A stretch of DNA of 63,621 nucleotides, filler included, from Octopus bimaculoides (taxonomy: Eukaryota), in the NCBI RefSeq assembly GCF_001194135.2. It is 8 parts of 7 records of this genome, joined end to end, with 100 filler letters (N's around TTAATTAATTAA, not from the genome) between each part and the next. Parts side by side here need not be neighbours in the genome. Positions count along the whole stretch, not along the records: positions 4,086 to 18,274 come from NC_068998.1; positions 18,375 to 25,588 come from NC_068991.1; 6 more parts are not named here. The stretch is one strand, 5' to 3'. This document shows positions 12,188 through 24,720 of this stretch, in pieces. The translations under genes and the position numbers were made by a program. The notes beneath the pieces are model-generated. The model worked only from the letters and a program-made list of their open reading frames with translations, made no database searches and was not told the DNA's origin. Numbering within the stretch: the stretch's first letter is position 1; each line of letters begins with the position of its first letter.

Positions 12188-12544
12188 GTAAGATGGGTTT
12201 TCACGAGACAGGCTTTGTGTAGCATACAAACAACAGTATTATTCTTCGAAGGGTAAAATGGTAGTTATATATTGAATACAAAATCATTGATTATTTAATT
12301 GATCTTTTCCAAAGGTTAGGAAATAATGTCTGTTGAAATAGACACTTTCTATCACAGACTTTATCATGTACCAAGGGTGTTGTACTCTTGGACAAGATAC
12401 ATAACTCTGCTTGTATGGTTGAAACAGAATTCATTGAGACAGATTTTCTATGGTCAAATGCCCTTTCTGTTTCCAACCAAAGTAATATTTACTTTATGGC
12501 TGGACATGTTTTAACAGAAGGTTAGAAATAAATAACACCATTTA

Positions 12545-12910
12545 TATCGAAATCAAAATTGAACCAAATTTGATGACTGGCACCCATGCCAACCTTCCCC
12601 TCATTGGACACTAAACTCAGCTTGCGAAGACCTGTTGGGGCAAGTTTGATCGAAACTGAACCAAATTTGATGACTGGCACCCGTGCCAGTGGAGCGCTAA
12701 CAGCACCATCCCAGCGGGATCACTGCCAGAGCAGCGGTCTTGCTCCCGTGCCGGTGGCACGTAAAAAGCACCATTTGAGCGTAATCGTTTCCAGCTTCGC
12801 CTTACTGGCACTTGTGCCGGTGGCATGTGAACAAAACATTGGCTGGCTCCTGTGCAGGTGACACGTAAAAAACACCATTTGAGTGTGGCCGTTGCCAGTA
12901 CCGCCAGACT
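12545..12910 (+). mobile_element. RTE-LINE 3' UTR fragment (tandem-repeat architecture)
   Basis: Shares cattggacactaaac..gaagacctgtt and GGCACGTAAAAAGCACC units with 45780-46080. Confidence 0.8.
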
Positions 12911-13351
12911 CAGAGGCCAGGTGGTGGCAGCGATTTAAGTCTGTCACTCAAGAACAGGAATGGTTTCTTTGACAGGCTTCCATACAGATTCTGCTGACCA
13001 AATTTCACTTGACCTGAGGGAGAAGGTATTGCTGTGAGATTCAATCTGAAATTATGTTATTATGAATCAATTATTTTTTTACTACAGGGTCATATCTTCA
13101 TCCTTCCATATTCCTACAAAAACAGGGATAGTCATGGTTTGAATGACTATCAGTTCCCTGAAACCCGAAACCTGCCCATTCAACCAAAATTTACAAAACG
13201 ATTCAGATCTATAAAAATCAAATTAAATACTTTGTATTTAAAAAAAAATAAATCTCTTGAAATTTAGCTACTTTTAAATATAAATGTACAAACTTAAGTA
13301 AGAAATTGTTTTCTCAAAAGTAATTACAATTGTTTATAATATTCATTCCAG

Positions 13352-13401
13352 GAAAAATTGATATTGAAGAATTCAAACAATGCTTTACAGAAGAAAGAAC
13401 T
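13352..13401 (+). CDS. VPS37A: VPS37A-like exon (last recovered; terminal exon not found)
   Basis: ttccag|GA..ACT|gtaagt. GKIDIEEFKQCFTEERT is comparable to GKMEIDDFLSSFMEKRT. Confidence 0.92.
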
Positions 13402-15506
13402 GTAAGTAAAATCTTGTTTTTTGAAATCTTTTTTCCAGTTTTCTTTGTCCACTTCTTAATTTTATTTAATACTAACTCTTAATACCAGTCAGTCTCCTTT
13501 TTTCTAGTATTTTTCTATGTTGTTTGTAGGATTATACATCAATGATTGTACCATTGTATTTATGTTGAAACAAGGTATTGTTCATTGGTTTAGATATCAG
13601 AATAGCCAGGATTATTGCTTTGTAGTAGTGAGTTTTGGATCCTGTCACTGCTCTGGATTCTCATTTCTCCACATTTCATATAGAGAAAAAAAGCTATCAT
13701 CAGTATCAGCAGAAGGGGTTTTAATATTAGTTACCACTCTTGTTGTTGCTGAGTAGGTTGTCAGTACTATTGACCAACTACTTAGAAGTTGCATCTATAG
13801 TGTGTAATGCTTCTTTTTTTTATGTATGTTAGCTTGAGTTAAACCTTCATATTTGATCACCATTCTAGCATACAAAACAAAACTTATTCTAAGAAATGTT
13901 AAGATGAACAAAGAAATTTGCTTTTATTGCGTCTTTATAACACAACAATTAATACAGATGATAAAAGATAGATTTATGATGAAAAGCAGAAAACATAAGC
14001 CTATTTGTTTTAGGTTGAAGCAATTTGTAAAGTACAAAGACTAAATTAAACTTCTAAACACCAACCTCTCAAGGATTTACGAAAGGACCCTAGAAACAAA
14101 ATAACATATATCATCAGCCACAACATACAAATGTTTTGGGTAGATCGTCAGATATGCCATTTATTCCTTTACATGATCAGCCTCCCAAGTTTATCAGCAG
14201 TCATGGCACCAATTCCTTCCATGAATGGTTTTATATGAACACCTATAATTCAACCGCTTATAGGTCAGTTCCTAGCTGTTTAATTAACTGGTGAGCAACA
14301 CCATGTCCCTTAGACACTGCCCATCTAGTTGTGGCCATTTTCCTACTATTTTGTTTGCCAGCTGGGAGAAAACCATTATAGAGTTGCTCATTATTTTTTT
14401 CTTTTTGCATTCATCTAATACTGAAGTTTTCCAATGCATCCAAATTTAGCAGCCCTCAAGATACTTGGCCATGGATCTAATGAAGAGCCCAGATTTTACA
14501 CTCAAGTAACATCGTTCTTGACCTATGTAGCTCTACAAAGCTCTATAGTCAGATAGTCCTCAACCAAATAAGAGCAGCTGTTAATACCAAATTGAAACAG
14601 AACCAGGTCGGTTTTTGTGTGAAATGGACAATGGTTGCACAGATCCTGGCTCTTTTGAGAATAATGGATAGTGGGATACATGAAGGTGTTGTCACTAATG
14701 TGCATAATTTTACAATGCTCACAAACTTGGAATTGTTTGGAAAATATAATTTAGAAAATGCTAAGAAATGTTAAGAACACCAGTCCTTAGTATGGTGTAA
14801 GTCTAACAATTTCAAAATTTCTCCACTATTTCATCATCCAATGTAATTAAATGAATGAGAGATTAGGAGCCTAGCTATTGCTGTACTGGGTAAAAAAGCA
14901 AGATTTATTTCTAAATATTGATATTCTAATATCTGAAGATTCTATATTTTTGAACAGAGTATAAAGAATTATTGAGAAGTATTAGCACCCCAAGAGTGAA
15001 ACGATGCTTTCAAGAATCTCTTAGCACTCAGATTTTCTCTGTCAAATGCAATACATATTGATTCACATTGTTTTGAATTAATCATGCATTATTTGTAGCT
15101 TTGAAATTTCAATGATGTGATTGTTTATGTTTTGAATGACATTATCTGGTAGGAGTGAAAAGCCAGTTTTAACATGGAACAGGTTGAATATTTCGAGCCA
15201 AGTAGGCTGGTTTAAATGCTAAAGGGTTAAAGATGATAGAAGTATAATGAGTAGTAGTTGGATCTATATATATAGTAATAGTTTATAATAAGTTAATCAA
15301 ATGGTTAGCTTTAGTAGTAATTAAAATTAAGACAGAATTCTTGCAAAACTTAGAGATCTAGAAAGTACAGAATAAAAAGAAAAAATACAAAAATTGGATT
15401 AGGATATTAGAATATTAGTTGTAATTCTCTTCTAAAGATAATGATCTCTAATATTACTGAGAAAGGAAATTATAATATACTAAATGTTTTATTCTTGCAA
15501 ACCTAT

Positions 15507-15892
15507 TGTTGTTGGCACTTCATCGCTTACGACGTTGAGGGTTCCAGCTGATCCGATCAACAGAACAGCCTGCTTGTGAAATTAACGTGCAAGTGGCTGA
15601 GCACTCCATAGACACGCGTACCCTTAACGTAGTTCTCGGGGATATTCAGTGTGACACAGTGTGATAAGGCTGATCCTTTGAATTACAGGCACAACAGAAA
15701 CAGGAAGTAAGAGTGAGAGAAAGTTGTGGTGAAAGAGTACAGCAGGGTTCGCCACCATCCCCTGCTGGAGCCTCGTGGAGCTTTTAGGTGTTTTTGCTCA
15801 ATAAACACTCACAACGCCCGGTTTGGAAATCGAAACCGTGATCCTATGACCGTGAGTCCGCTGCCCTAACCACTGGGCCATTGCGCCTCCAC
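15507..15892 (-). mobile_element. tRNA-derived SINE family C with 13-bp TSD
   Basis: Head TGGAGGCGCAATGGCCCAGTGGTTAGGGCAGCGGACTC..GGTTTCGATTTCC. TSD CTTGCAAACCTAT at 15494-15506 and 15893-15905. Confidence 0.88.
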
Positions 15893-15968
15893 CTTGCAAA
15901 CCTATATTAATTCTGTTAATACCAACCTGCTTGAAACTGTCTTTGGTTCTATGAATTTCCTCTTTTAA

Positions 15969-16188
15969 TTCTTTAACATTCAGATTATTCTATCAATCGT
16001 ATTGCTTATTTATTCATATTGTTTTGAATTAATCATGCATTGCCTTATAGCTTTGAAATTTTTATGGGGTAATTGCTCATTTTTAGAATGATATTGTGAG
16101 GTTGGTGTGAGGGGCCAGATCTGGCCAGTTTGAATGTAAAAGAAGTGGAACATTTTGGTTGGATATTTTTGGTTTTAATGCTAAAGAG
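15969..16188. mobile_element. About 220-bp TTAA-flanked piggyBac-like MITE; related copies at about 15016-15226 and 44174-44393
   Basis: TTAA at both ends. Decayed TIR CCCTTTAGCATT..AATGCTAAAGGG. Internal sequence is shared among the three copies. Confidence 0.65.
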
Positions 16189-17090
16189 TTAAAGTGATCT
16201 AAATTAAAACCTTCCATCAAAATTTTATATTAATGCTCCAAACATCAGCTTAATAACAACAATGTTATTTTACTAAATTCTTTATTATTTTCAAAATTAA
16301 TTGTAACAAAAGCACTGTATTTCTACAACAATATAGCAATGAAAGGATTAATTGAATGAAATTATGTGTGGCTATTATTGCAGTCATTAAAAATTAAAGT
16401 ACTTCTTCCTTGTATTTCACTTCTTCATCATCATCATTGAATTAATCCATCTTCTCCTCCTACTCATTCTCATCATTTCTTTATTTACGAGATTATCTTG
16501 ACATGCATTGTTAATGTAACATTTCTTGTATGAGACAGTGCCTGATAATCTTTTTAATAACACTAGCATACAGAAGGATACTTATGTGTGCTTAATTAGA
16601 ATTAATGCTTTAGGCTAAGTGACTATCATAAAGCCAACAATAAAAACTATATCTGTACATGTGTGTTTGTAGAGAGAAAGAGACAGACAGACAGACAGAG
16701 ATAATGATGCTGATAAACAAATGAAACCACTTAGGCTAGATATACAAAATATACACACATATATATACATGTAAATAGAGAGAAAACAAGACTGAAAATA
16801 TTCAGACATTGCATATTCATGTTTGAATATACAGATGTCTATATATTAACAGAGCAAACTTACACAGAATACAAAGACACAGAAAATTAAGGGGAGAAGG
16901 TATGGTGCTATGAGCCTATTGTGTGTTTCTAGGGGCTTGAAATTACTTCATAATGTCGGCAGATATAGTTTGCAAAAAGTCAAGGATGTGCAACCAGTAG
17001 TGGAAGCATATAAACATTAGGTAGATTTGGCCCCTGTCTTCAGAGTGGAGAGATGGGTACCTAATAAATATATATGCATGTGTGTGTATC

Positions 17091-17991
17091 AATAATAATA
17101 ATGATAATAAGGATTATTACAAAGTAGCATAGCATTACCTTTAATTCTTTTTATATATACAGCTTTACATAGACCTACACATGTTTTAACTGCCCTGATT
17201 AGTAAACATTGCAATTACAGCCCTACTATAATAACTGTGCAGTTTCTTCAGGGATCTTTACTTAATATCTTTCAATTTAACTGTTTAAAGTTTTTCGTTT
17301 ATCTACTCTGTGTTGTATGATGTACAGTTGTTTGTTAAGTTACACATGAACCATCTTCAATTCAAGTTTTGAATGGATAATCACTTATAGTTCGTTATTT
17401 CAAAACATTCTGTTTAAATGTTTAATATTCATTTATACTGAGCAAATGTGAATTTCCTCATGTGCAAGCATCTCAAAGCTTGTTCCTATCTAGAATGTAT
17501 TACATTACCCTTAGATGTAAAAATTTGGTAAAATTCTTCTAAACATAGGTCACATTTATTAATTTGTGATTTGTATGGTTTTGCAGTACAAATTAATTCC
17601 CAATTAATTGTATAGTCTTTGTTTCTGTCTTTAATAGACCAGATCAGTTTACTAAAACTCGTTTGGAATCTTTTATTTTTATCTCTAAATGAACTCAAAT
17701 GATTTGTACTGCAAAACCATACAAATCTGGAACTAAAATATGTGATTTGTGTTTAGAAGAATTTTACCAAATTTTTACATCTAAGAACAAGCTTCGAGAT
17801 GTTTACACATGTGGAAATTTACATTTGCTCAGTATAAATGAATAAAAGTGAAGACCCTGAAGAAACTGCACCAGTATTATAGTAGGGTTGCAGTTAAAAC
17901 ATGTGTAGGTCTATGTAAAGCTGTATATATACAAAAAGAATTAAAGATAATGCTATGCTACTTTGTAATAATCCTTATTATTTTTATTATT
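17091..17991. mobile_element. Penelope-like element: two 3' fragments in head-to-head inverted arrangement
   Basis: The minus arm (17091-17698) encodes SFRDKNKRFQTSFSKLIWSIKDRNKDYTINWELICTAKPYKSQINKCDLCLEE (PLE GIY-YIG C-terminus). The plus arm (17702-17991) is its reverse complement with deletions. Confidence 0.85.
17852..17912 (+). ncRNA. Type I hammerhead-ribozyme-like fold with a G12A core substitution; second copy at 17171-17258 on the minus strand
   Basis: AGACC-CTGAAGA-AACTGC..GCAGTT-AAAAC-ATGT-GTA-GGTCT gives stem I AGACC/GGTCT, stem II AACTGC/GCAGTT, a minimal palindromic stem III and a GUA triplet. Confidence 0.65.
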
Positions 17992-18171
17992 GTTGACATT
18001 ATATATTCAGAATTATCCAACAGAATATATCTTTAAATTCTTATCTTATGAGAGCATTAGATTAATATATTAATTGATGAATAACTTATTTTAAATATCT
18101 CACTGAGAGCAAACTGGTAAGCATTTGGAGTAATCCCTTACTGTTTCCAAATATATATATATATATATATA

Positions 18172-18274
18172 TATATCATCATCATCATCATCATCATCGT
18201 TTAATGTCCACTTTCCCTGCTAGCATGGGTTGGACGATTTGACTGAGGATTGGCAAACCAGATGGCTGCACCAA
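18172..18274 (-). mobile_element. RTE-LINE 3' end with (GAT)n tail, cut by gap
   Basis: catcatcatcgtttaatgtccactttccctgctagcatggg matches 49577 onward. Confidence 0.8.
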
Positions 18275-18374
18275 NNNNNNNNNNNNNNNNNNNNNNNNNN
18301 NNNNNNNNNNNNNNNNNNTTAATTAATTAANNNNNNNNNNNNNNNNNNNNNNNNNNNNNNNNNNNNNNNNNNNN

Positions 18375-18693
18375 GAAAAACTTTCAAAATACAAAGACCT
18401 GGAAATAGAGATAACTCGAATGTGGAATCTAAAAACAGAAACAATTCCTATCATAGTAGGTGCCTTAGGTATAATAAAAAAATATTCAGACAAATACATA
18501 ACAAAAACACCAGGACTTACAAATATATATAACATACAGAAAATTGCACTACTGGGTACTGCACACATTCTACGCAAAACACTTTCAATACAGTAAACAT
18601 AAGAGCACCACAGCAAACCACAGCACATACCCAAGGCGCACAGAGCTGCGCTCGGTAGTGAAGTGAAAGCACGTTATAAAAATAAAACTACTG
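18375..18693 (+). mobile_element. R4/Dong-like 3' fragment, copy 2
   Basis: Near-identical to 2732-3050 and followed by (TAA)n. Confidence 0.92.
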
Positions 18694-18729
18694 AATAATA
18701 ATAATAATAATAATAATAATTGCTTGTCA

Positions 18730-19297
18730 GTTATTTGAAATGCCCTGACGCAATATCAGGCAGTGGCTCTCAAGACTTCTGATCTTAAATGATTGGAAGT
18801 GTCATTATGTACATGCTTTTGTTTTGGTGTAAAAGATGCGCTAAAACAAATATTCTGCTCAATATCACAGATTTGCTTGTCAGTTGTTTGACCATAACCA
18901 GTTGAGCATGTTCTTTGGTGGCTGACAATATGTGCATCTCTGATCACGAGCAGAGGTATTTGAGGAGCACCATAGCCATGTGTTGAGAGGAATTCTTTGG
19001 CGTTTGAATAATTCACCTCTGGAAACATGGGTGTTTCGTGTAACATCCTTAAAAAACCCTTATTCAGTGACCTTTTACGTAGGATGGACTACTCGACCTG
19101 AAGAAAATTCTAACTTGGCCCCCACCTGCAAGGTCATGCACTGTTTATCTTGAAATGAGATCACCATGTTGCGCACATATGGTTGTATTGCATGTGCTTG
19201 GTGTACCCTTATCAGACAGGTAGTCATGATGGGTATATTGGGCTTCATATATTTGTACCCCAGTGTCACTTTTATGACATGCACTGCTCGCTCACTC
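18730..19297 (+). mobile_element. Unclassified retroposon-like 3' segment ending in a TAA tail
   Basis: Non-coding, higher-GC block ending ctcactc-aataataat and abutting a SINE-B tail. Family not identified. Confidence 0.45.
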
Positions 19298-19309
19298 AAT
19301 AATAATAAT

Positions 19310-19652
19310 ATTAGTAATCCTTTCTATTCGAGGCACAAGGCATGAAATTTGGGGCATTAGATCGACTCCAGTACACAACTGGTACTTAATTTATCGACAC
19401 CGAAATGACGAAAAGCAAAGTCAACCTTGGTAGAATTTGAACTCAGAACGTAGCGACGAGCAAAATACCGCTAAGCAATTCGTCCAACATGCTAACGATT
19501 CATTTTGGTAATATTTAAAAGATTGATGTTACTCCTCCAGAAAGTAAAGAAACGAGATGTCAACATATTATTCATTCGATAACAGTCGCACTCTTCTTAT
19601 TGTTTCTTTACTTTCTGGAGGAATAATATCTATCCTTTAAATAATAATAATG

Positions 19653-19689
<37 letters not shown>

Positions 19690-20370
19690 TATTCAGACAA
19701 ATACATAACAAAAACACCAGGACTTACAAATATGTATAACATACAGAAAATTGCACTACTGGGTACTGCACACATTCTACGCAAAACACTTTCAATACAG
19801 TAAACATAAGAGCACCACAGCAAACCACAGCACATACTCAAGGCGCACAGAGCTGCGCTCGGTAGTGAAATGAAAGCACGTTATAAAAATAAAACTACTG
19901 AACAATAATAATAATAATAATAATAATTCTTCCTATTTTTGGCACATGGCCAGAAATCTTTTGGGGAGGGGAAAAGTCGATTACAATGACATCAATATTT
20001 GATTGGTACTTTTTTTATTGATTCTGAAAGAATTTAAGGCAAAGCTGACCGCGGTGGTATCTGATACTCAGGTTGTTATGTTGCAAAACATTTTTCCTAA
20101 TTTCCTAAAGCTTTAACGACTCTGAGAATTCACCACCTTTTCTACTACTACTACTACTACTACTAGTAGTTGTACTTTCTAATTTAGGCATAAGTCCAGC
20201 AATACTGAGAGAAGTGGTTAGTCGATAATATCGATCCAATACTTAAACTTTACTTAATATTATCGAAACCGAAAGAATGAGAAACAAGGTTGATATCGGC
20301 AGGAATTGAACTCAGAGCCTGTAGATATACGGCAAAATCGTTTTGACCGACGCTCTAGCGATTCTGTCAA
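19310..20370 (-). mobile_element. Cluster of three minus-strand Meta-domain-like SINE-B copies (about 19310-19495, 19927-20140, 20170-20370)
   Basis: Each contains variants of ttatcgaccccgaaaggatgaaaggcaaagtcgacc..gaatttgaactcagaac. Confidence 0.75.
19681..19900 (+). mobile_element. R4/Dong-like 3' fragment, copy 3, flanked by (TAA)n on both sides
   Basis: Near-identical to 2828-3050. The 5' junction falls at the element's own ATAATAA. Confidence 0.92.
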
Positions 20371-20981
20371 TCACAATCCTCATAACAACACCAATATAAT
20401 AATTTCTTTTATTGTTTAAAAGGGACCAAGACATTTAGGACTACATCAAAAGACGAAACACTACACCCAATATAGTGGGGTTTACACCGATTAAAAGGTG
20501 GGGGGAACACAACAACAACAAAGATGTAAAAAGATTTAAAATAAGTGAATTTAAAGTGAAGAGTAATGTTATAGCAGATGAAACTGGGTGGGCGGCTGTC
20601 CACCAAGAATAATTCTTAGAAATCTCCATAAAAAGTCCTGGATATTGCTACCTTCTTCAAGGGAACGAGAGTGCCTTCCGGTTTCTTTCCTACTACTTAG
20701 AAAATCAAACTCAGATTCGGCCCATTCAGTCTCATTACTTTCGATAAACTCATTAGACAGCAGCATCCTCTTCTTTGCCCCCACCTTCCTCTTCAAATTA
20801 TATTTGAAGAAATTGATGAGAGCTTAGCTTGATAGGAAAATGCTTGTCTTCAAACGTTCCAAATAGGTCAACCAACCACAACCTATTTCACCACAGTCAT
20901 TAAACAGAGAAAGATCCGCCTCCCTTGTCTTCTAAAGGAAGGTGGTGTGTCTTCCTTATACATTCCACGGAAGTCGGATTA

Positions 20982-21700
20982 CAGTAATCACTCGCCATAT
21001 CGCATTTCACCTATCGCGGTTCACCTATCGCGGTCACCTATCGCGGTCACCTATCGCGGTTCACCTATCGTGGTTTATTATTTAAGCTTACGTCGATTCC
21101 TCCGTAGCGTTGTTTTGCATTTATAATAAAATAAATATTTACAAATTATAAAAATAATAAAAAAATACAGTATAGTATTGTTTCTGATTCGCGGATTTTC
21201 ACCTATCGCAAGGTGGTTTGGAATGTAACACCCGCAATAGTTGAGGGTATAATCACATTCGAAACAGAAACTTCTCGACACAAGCCGACAAATCACTTAT
21301 ATACAGATATTGAATGATTGCATGCAGGATGGATTCGTCCACCTGTATGCATTTCAGACATGTTCGGCTGTTGGCTTTCCATGTCTGAAGATCTTATCGC
21401 AAAGAAGTAGCACTGTGATGCTAAGGACTTTTGGAAGTTATTTATAGTCTCCAACTGGTAAGTCCTCCCAAAGAGACCATTCATACTGTTCTCATCGATA
21501 CCCACAATCAATCCCAGGCCATTGTCACTGATATCCTCCATTGATTCCCCCACCTTTAGTAGTTTTCCCGCTAACGGCTTTGTTCAGTTGGTACAATGCT
21601 GTGAGTGCCTGGCAACATTTTGGGATGCCAAACGCTCAATCTTGGCCTGGGCTTGACCCATGTCTGCAGCTCAGTCAATAGGAATGAACTGCGCAAAGAT
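20982..21700 (-). mobile_element. Tigger/pogo-like element end plus transposase remnant
   Basis: TA|CAGTAATC(A)CTCG terminus. Subterminal tandem TCACCTATCGCGG(T) repeated about 5 times. Minus-strand KGGGESMEDISDN-like segment and a decayed CWxxLWP region. Confidence 0.55.
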
Positions 21701-23000
21701 GTGTTACACGAAAGACAATAATAATATTTTTCTCATAGAGTATTTATTTACAATGGCTACTATTTCTGATTGTCATCTATGTTTATCACACACGTGCTGC
21801 TATCGTTGTTGCAGTTATTTTATCTTTTTTAAAATGTGGTATAGAGAGATTTTATAGACAACTTCACAACTAATCAATATTATTCGTTCGATAAATGCAA
21901 CATTGGCATCTGATGTCTGAAATTAGTTCATCTAAACAATGTTTGCCAAAGCAATGAATATTTTAGTATTTGAGTCACATTAGGTATATTCATCTTATTG
22001 TGTGCGCATTCTTGAAAACAAGGATGTGAAGTTTTATGTAGTTACTGCGAATTCATACTATATAAACGTGAAAAAGGTTATGATCCATATCCACTGCAAA
22101 AAATGTTAATATTGGAATATTATTTCTGACACAAATAAAAGCACTAGATTTCTGTACAATGGTAAATTACAGAAGCTGTAAATTTAAACATGTTTAAAGA
22201 AAACTGAGGACATAAATTCCTTAAAATACCCCAAATTCAGGAATAATTTTCAAGTTTGATATTTTAAGATATTCAGCAGGAAGTAAATTTAAAGTGAGGA
22301 GTAATATTATAGCAGATGAAATAATTTCGCAGGAAAATGAATTCTTTTATTTTAGGTTTAAGAGGCAGAAGGTTAAGTAGATAATTCTGAAGAAGAGAAA
22401 GTGCAGAAATCTAGACTGATTTTGTTAGGTTAAGTTGAAGTGCAAATTATTTACACGGAATCGTTTAAGAAATTGATTACGAATCAAATTATTTTCACTA
22501 TCCGGCAATATCTTACTGCGAATCATCTATTGATTGTATAAGTATTGGAGAGTATGAAAGTTCTCAAATGATGAATCTTTAGCAATAAAATTAGCCAACA
22601 TAAACAACATTTAAAAAAAATCATTAAAAGACTGTGCTCATGCGTATATTTAAATTTTCTAAACGTTCACTTCGTTATAGAGAAAAATTCAGTTACAAAG
22701 ATAAACTTAAGTATGAAAACTTTGAGGGTATTTGCCATGAGTATTTCAGTCTGCAGTGTTAATACTATACACACACACACACACACACANNNNNNNNNNN
22801 NNNNNNNNNNNNNNNNNNNNNNNNNNNNNNNNNNNNNNNNNNNNNNNNNNNNNNNNNNNNNNNNNNNNNNNNNNNNNNNNNNNNNNNNNNNNNNNNNNNN
22901 NNNNNNNNNNNNNNNNNNNNNNNNNNNNNNNNNNNNNNNNNNNNNNNNNNNNNNNNNNNNNNNNNNNNNNNNNNNNNNNNNNNNNNNNNNNNNNNNNNNN

Positions 23001-23056
<56 letters not shown>

Positions 23057-23726
23057 AAGAGAGAGAGAAATTTTAATTGTTACATTCGCTAAAATAACTA
23101 AAAAAATATCTAAAAAGGTGAGGATGAAATGTAATGAAACATTAACTGTTTGCTATTTGCATCATAGCTTCAGGTACTTATTTGATAATAATCTTCTCTT
23201 TCTTTGTTTGACAGTGCTTGAAAAGAAACTTCATAAATTACGTTTTATATATATATATATATATATTTTTGTTCTCGTAATTCACTCGACCAAATAATTT
23301 ATTTTTTGAAATCCAATAAAACTACTAACATCAATTTAATGTTTAGATTTTCTATTTTAATAGAATAATATTTTATCGCAGATTCTCACAGCCGGCAAAA
23401 TTCAGAGTACCCCCACTCCAGCATTTATTCAGTCAATGTTCCTGAGTGGGTGTGTCAATGACAAAAATATTTAACGCTTAACGAACCAATTAATTTAGAT
23501 GTAAATAGTTATTAGGGCTAGGTGTTAGATTCTCAGTTGAATTGATTTAAAATTGTCATTCAATTGCATTCCTGAAAAACCATACATTTCTCTAGTCTTT
23601 CTCTGGTCTCGTAGTTACGGTGAGATTAAGATTCCCTGATGAAGACAATAAGATGTAAACATAACTCACCATTTTGTAAAAAACCAGTCGCAGCCCACAT
23701 AGTGCATTCAATATATAATTGATTTA

Positions 23727-23920
23727 AGTCGGTGAGCTGGCAGAATCGTTAACACACTTGACGGCATTTCGTGGGTCTTTACGTTCTGTGTTCAAATTCT
23801 CCCGAGGTCGACTTTCCCTTTCAACCTACTGGGGTCCGTAAAACAAGTACCAGTTGGTCGCTGGAGTCATTGCAATTGTCTTACCCTTCGCCCGAAATTC
23901 CTATCCTTTTTACCAATGTT
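23727..23920 (+). mobile_element. SINE-B (Meta-domain-like)
   Basis: tRNA-like head GCGGTGAGCTGGCAGAATCG..GTTCAAATTC followed by the Meta-like core. Confidence 0.8.
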
Positions 23921-24309
23921 TAATTGATGGTAATTATTTCAAATTTTAGGCGTATTTCGTTAAATAGTTTTATTAGATTTCATAATTTAGTTAATGATTT
24001 GACTCGTTACTTATGGAGGTAATTATAAATAACGTGACTTGGTTTTCTACATCAACCACTTTATTCTTAAATTCTGTGTAACTATACTCTATTTTGTTAG
24101 GTTGTATCTAGCTTTAAATTGTAATCATCTCATGATGAAAACATGAGCAAGCTGTACAACAGCATGTTGTTTTACAGACCGGGAAAGAGAAAAATATAAA
24201 AAAGGGCATTCCCTCACTTAGTCCTCATTATGGTATGTGTATGAACCACCATCACTACCGCCAGTAAAGTGAGAAAGAAATATTTGCCATCAAGTAATGT
24301 TGGTTTCAC

Positions 24310-24720
24310 ATTTTGGCTCAAGGCTAGCAATTTTAGGGGAGGAGTAAGTCAATTACGTCAATCCCAGTGTTCAAGGCAAAGTCGGCCTCAGAACGTGAAA
24401 ACGGACGAAATGCCGCTAAGCATTAGGCCTGACGCAATTATGATTCTGTCAGCTCGCCGCCTTATTTGTCAGCTCGCCGCCTTATGAAGTAATATTACTT
24501 TGGTACTTAATGCGGTCAACTACCAGCATCATTAGAGTGCCTGGAAAAATGCTTAGCGCCATTTTGTCCGTCTTTACGTTCTGATTTCAAGTCCCTCTAA
24601 GATCGATGTTACCTTTCACACTTTCGAGGTCGATAAAATAAATACCATTTGAAAACTGGGGTCGATGTAATTGATTGACTCTTCCACGAAATTGCTGGCC
24701 TTGTACCAAAATGTGAAACA
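24310..24720. mobile_element. Head-to-head SINE-B pair; the plus copy 24509-24720 has an 18-bp TSD
   Basis: TSD AATATTACTTTGGTACTT at 24491-24508 and 24721-24738. The minus copy spans about 24310-24486. Confidence 0.82.

Noticed and set aside
14152-14240. cag|ATATGCCATTTA (ICHL) as candidate VPS37A last exon
   Set aside because: No polypyrimidine tract, and no RRxKEEK after the first three residues.
14592-14774. ORF with VHNFTM, reminiscent of VNNFTM in the VPS37A N-terminal domain
   Set aside because: It lies downstream of the C-terminal exons, the match is only about 5 residues, and there is no splice support.
15800-15892. tRNA gene
   Set aside because: It is the head of a TSD-flanked SINE, with no complete acceptor stem.
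20995-21070. Regular short repeats suggesting CRISPR
   Set aside because: Tandem 14-15-mers without spacers in a eukaryotic transposon end, with no cas genes.
20520-22500. Shared ttaaagtga.gagtaat.ttatagcagatgaaa segment at about 20550 and 22290
   Set aside because: Probably an old repeat family, but too decayed to classify or bound.
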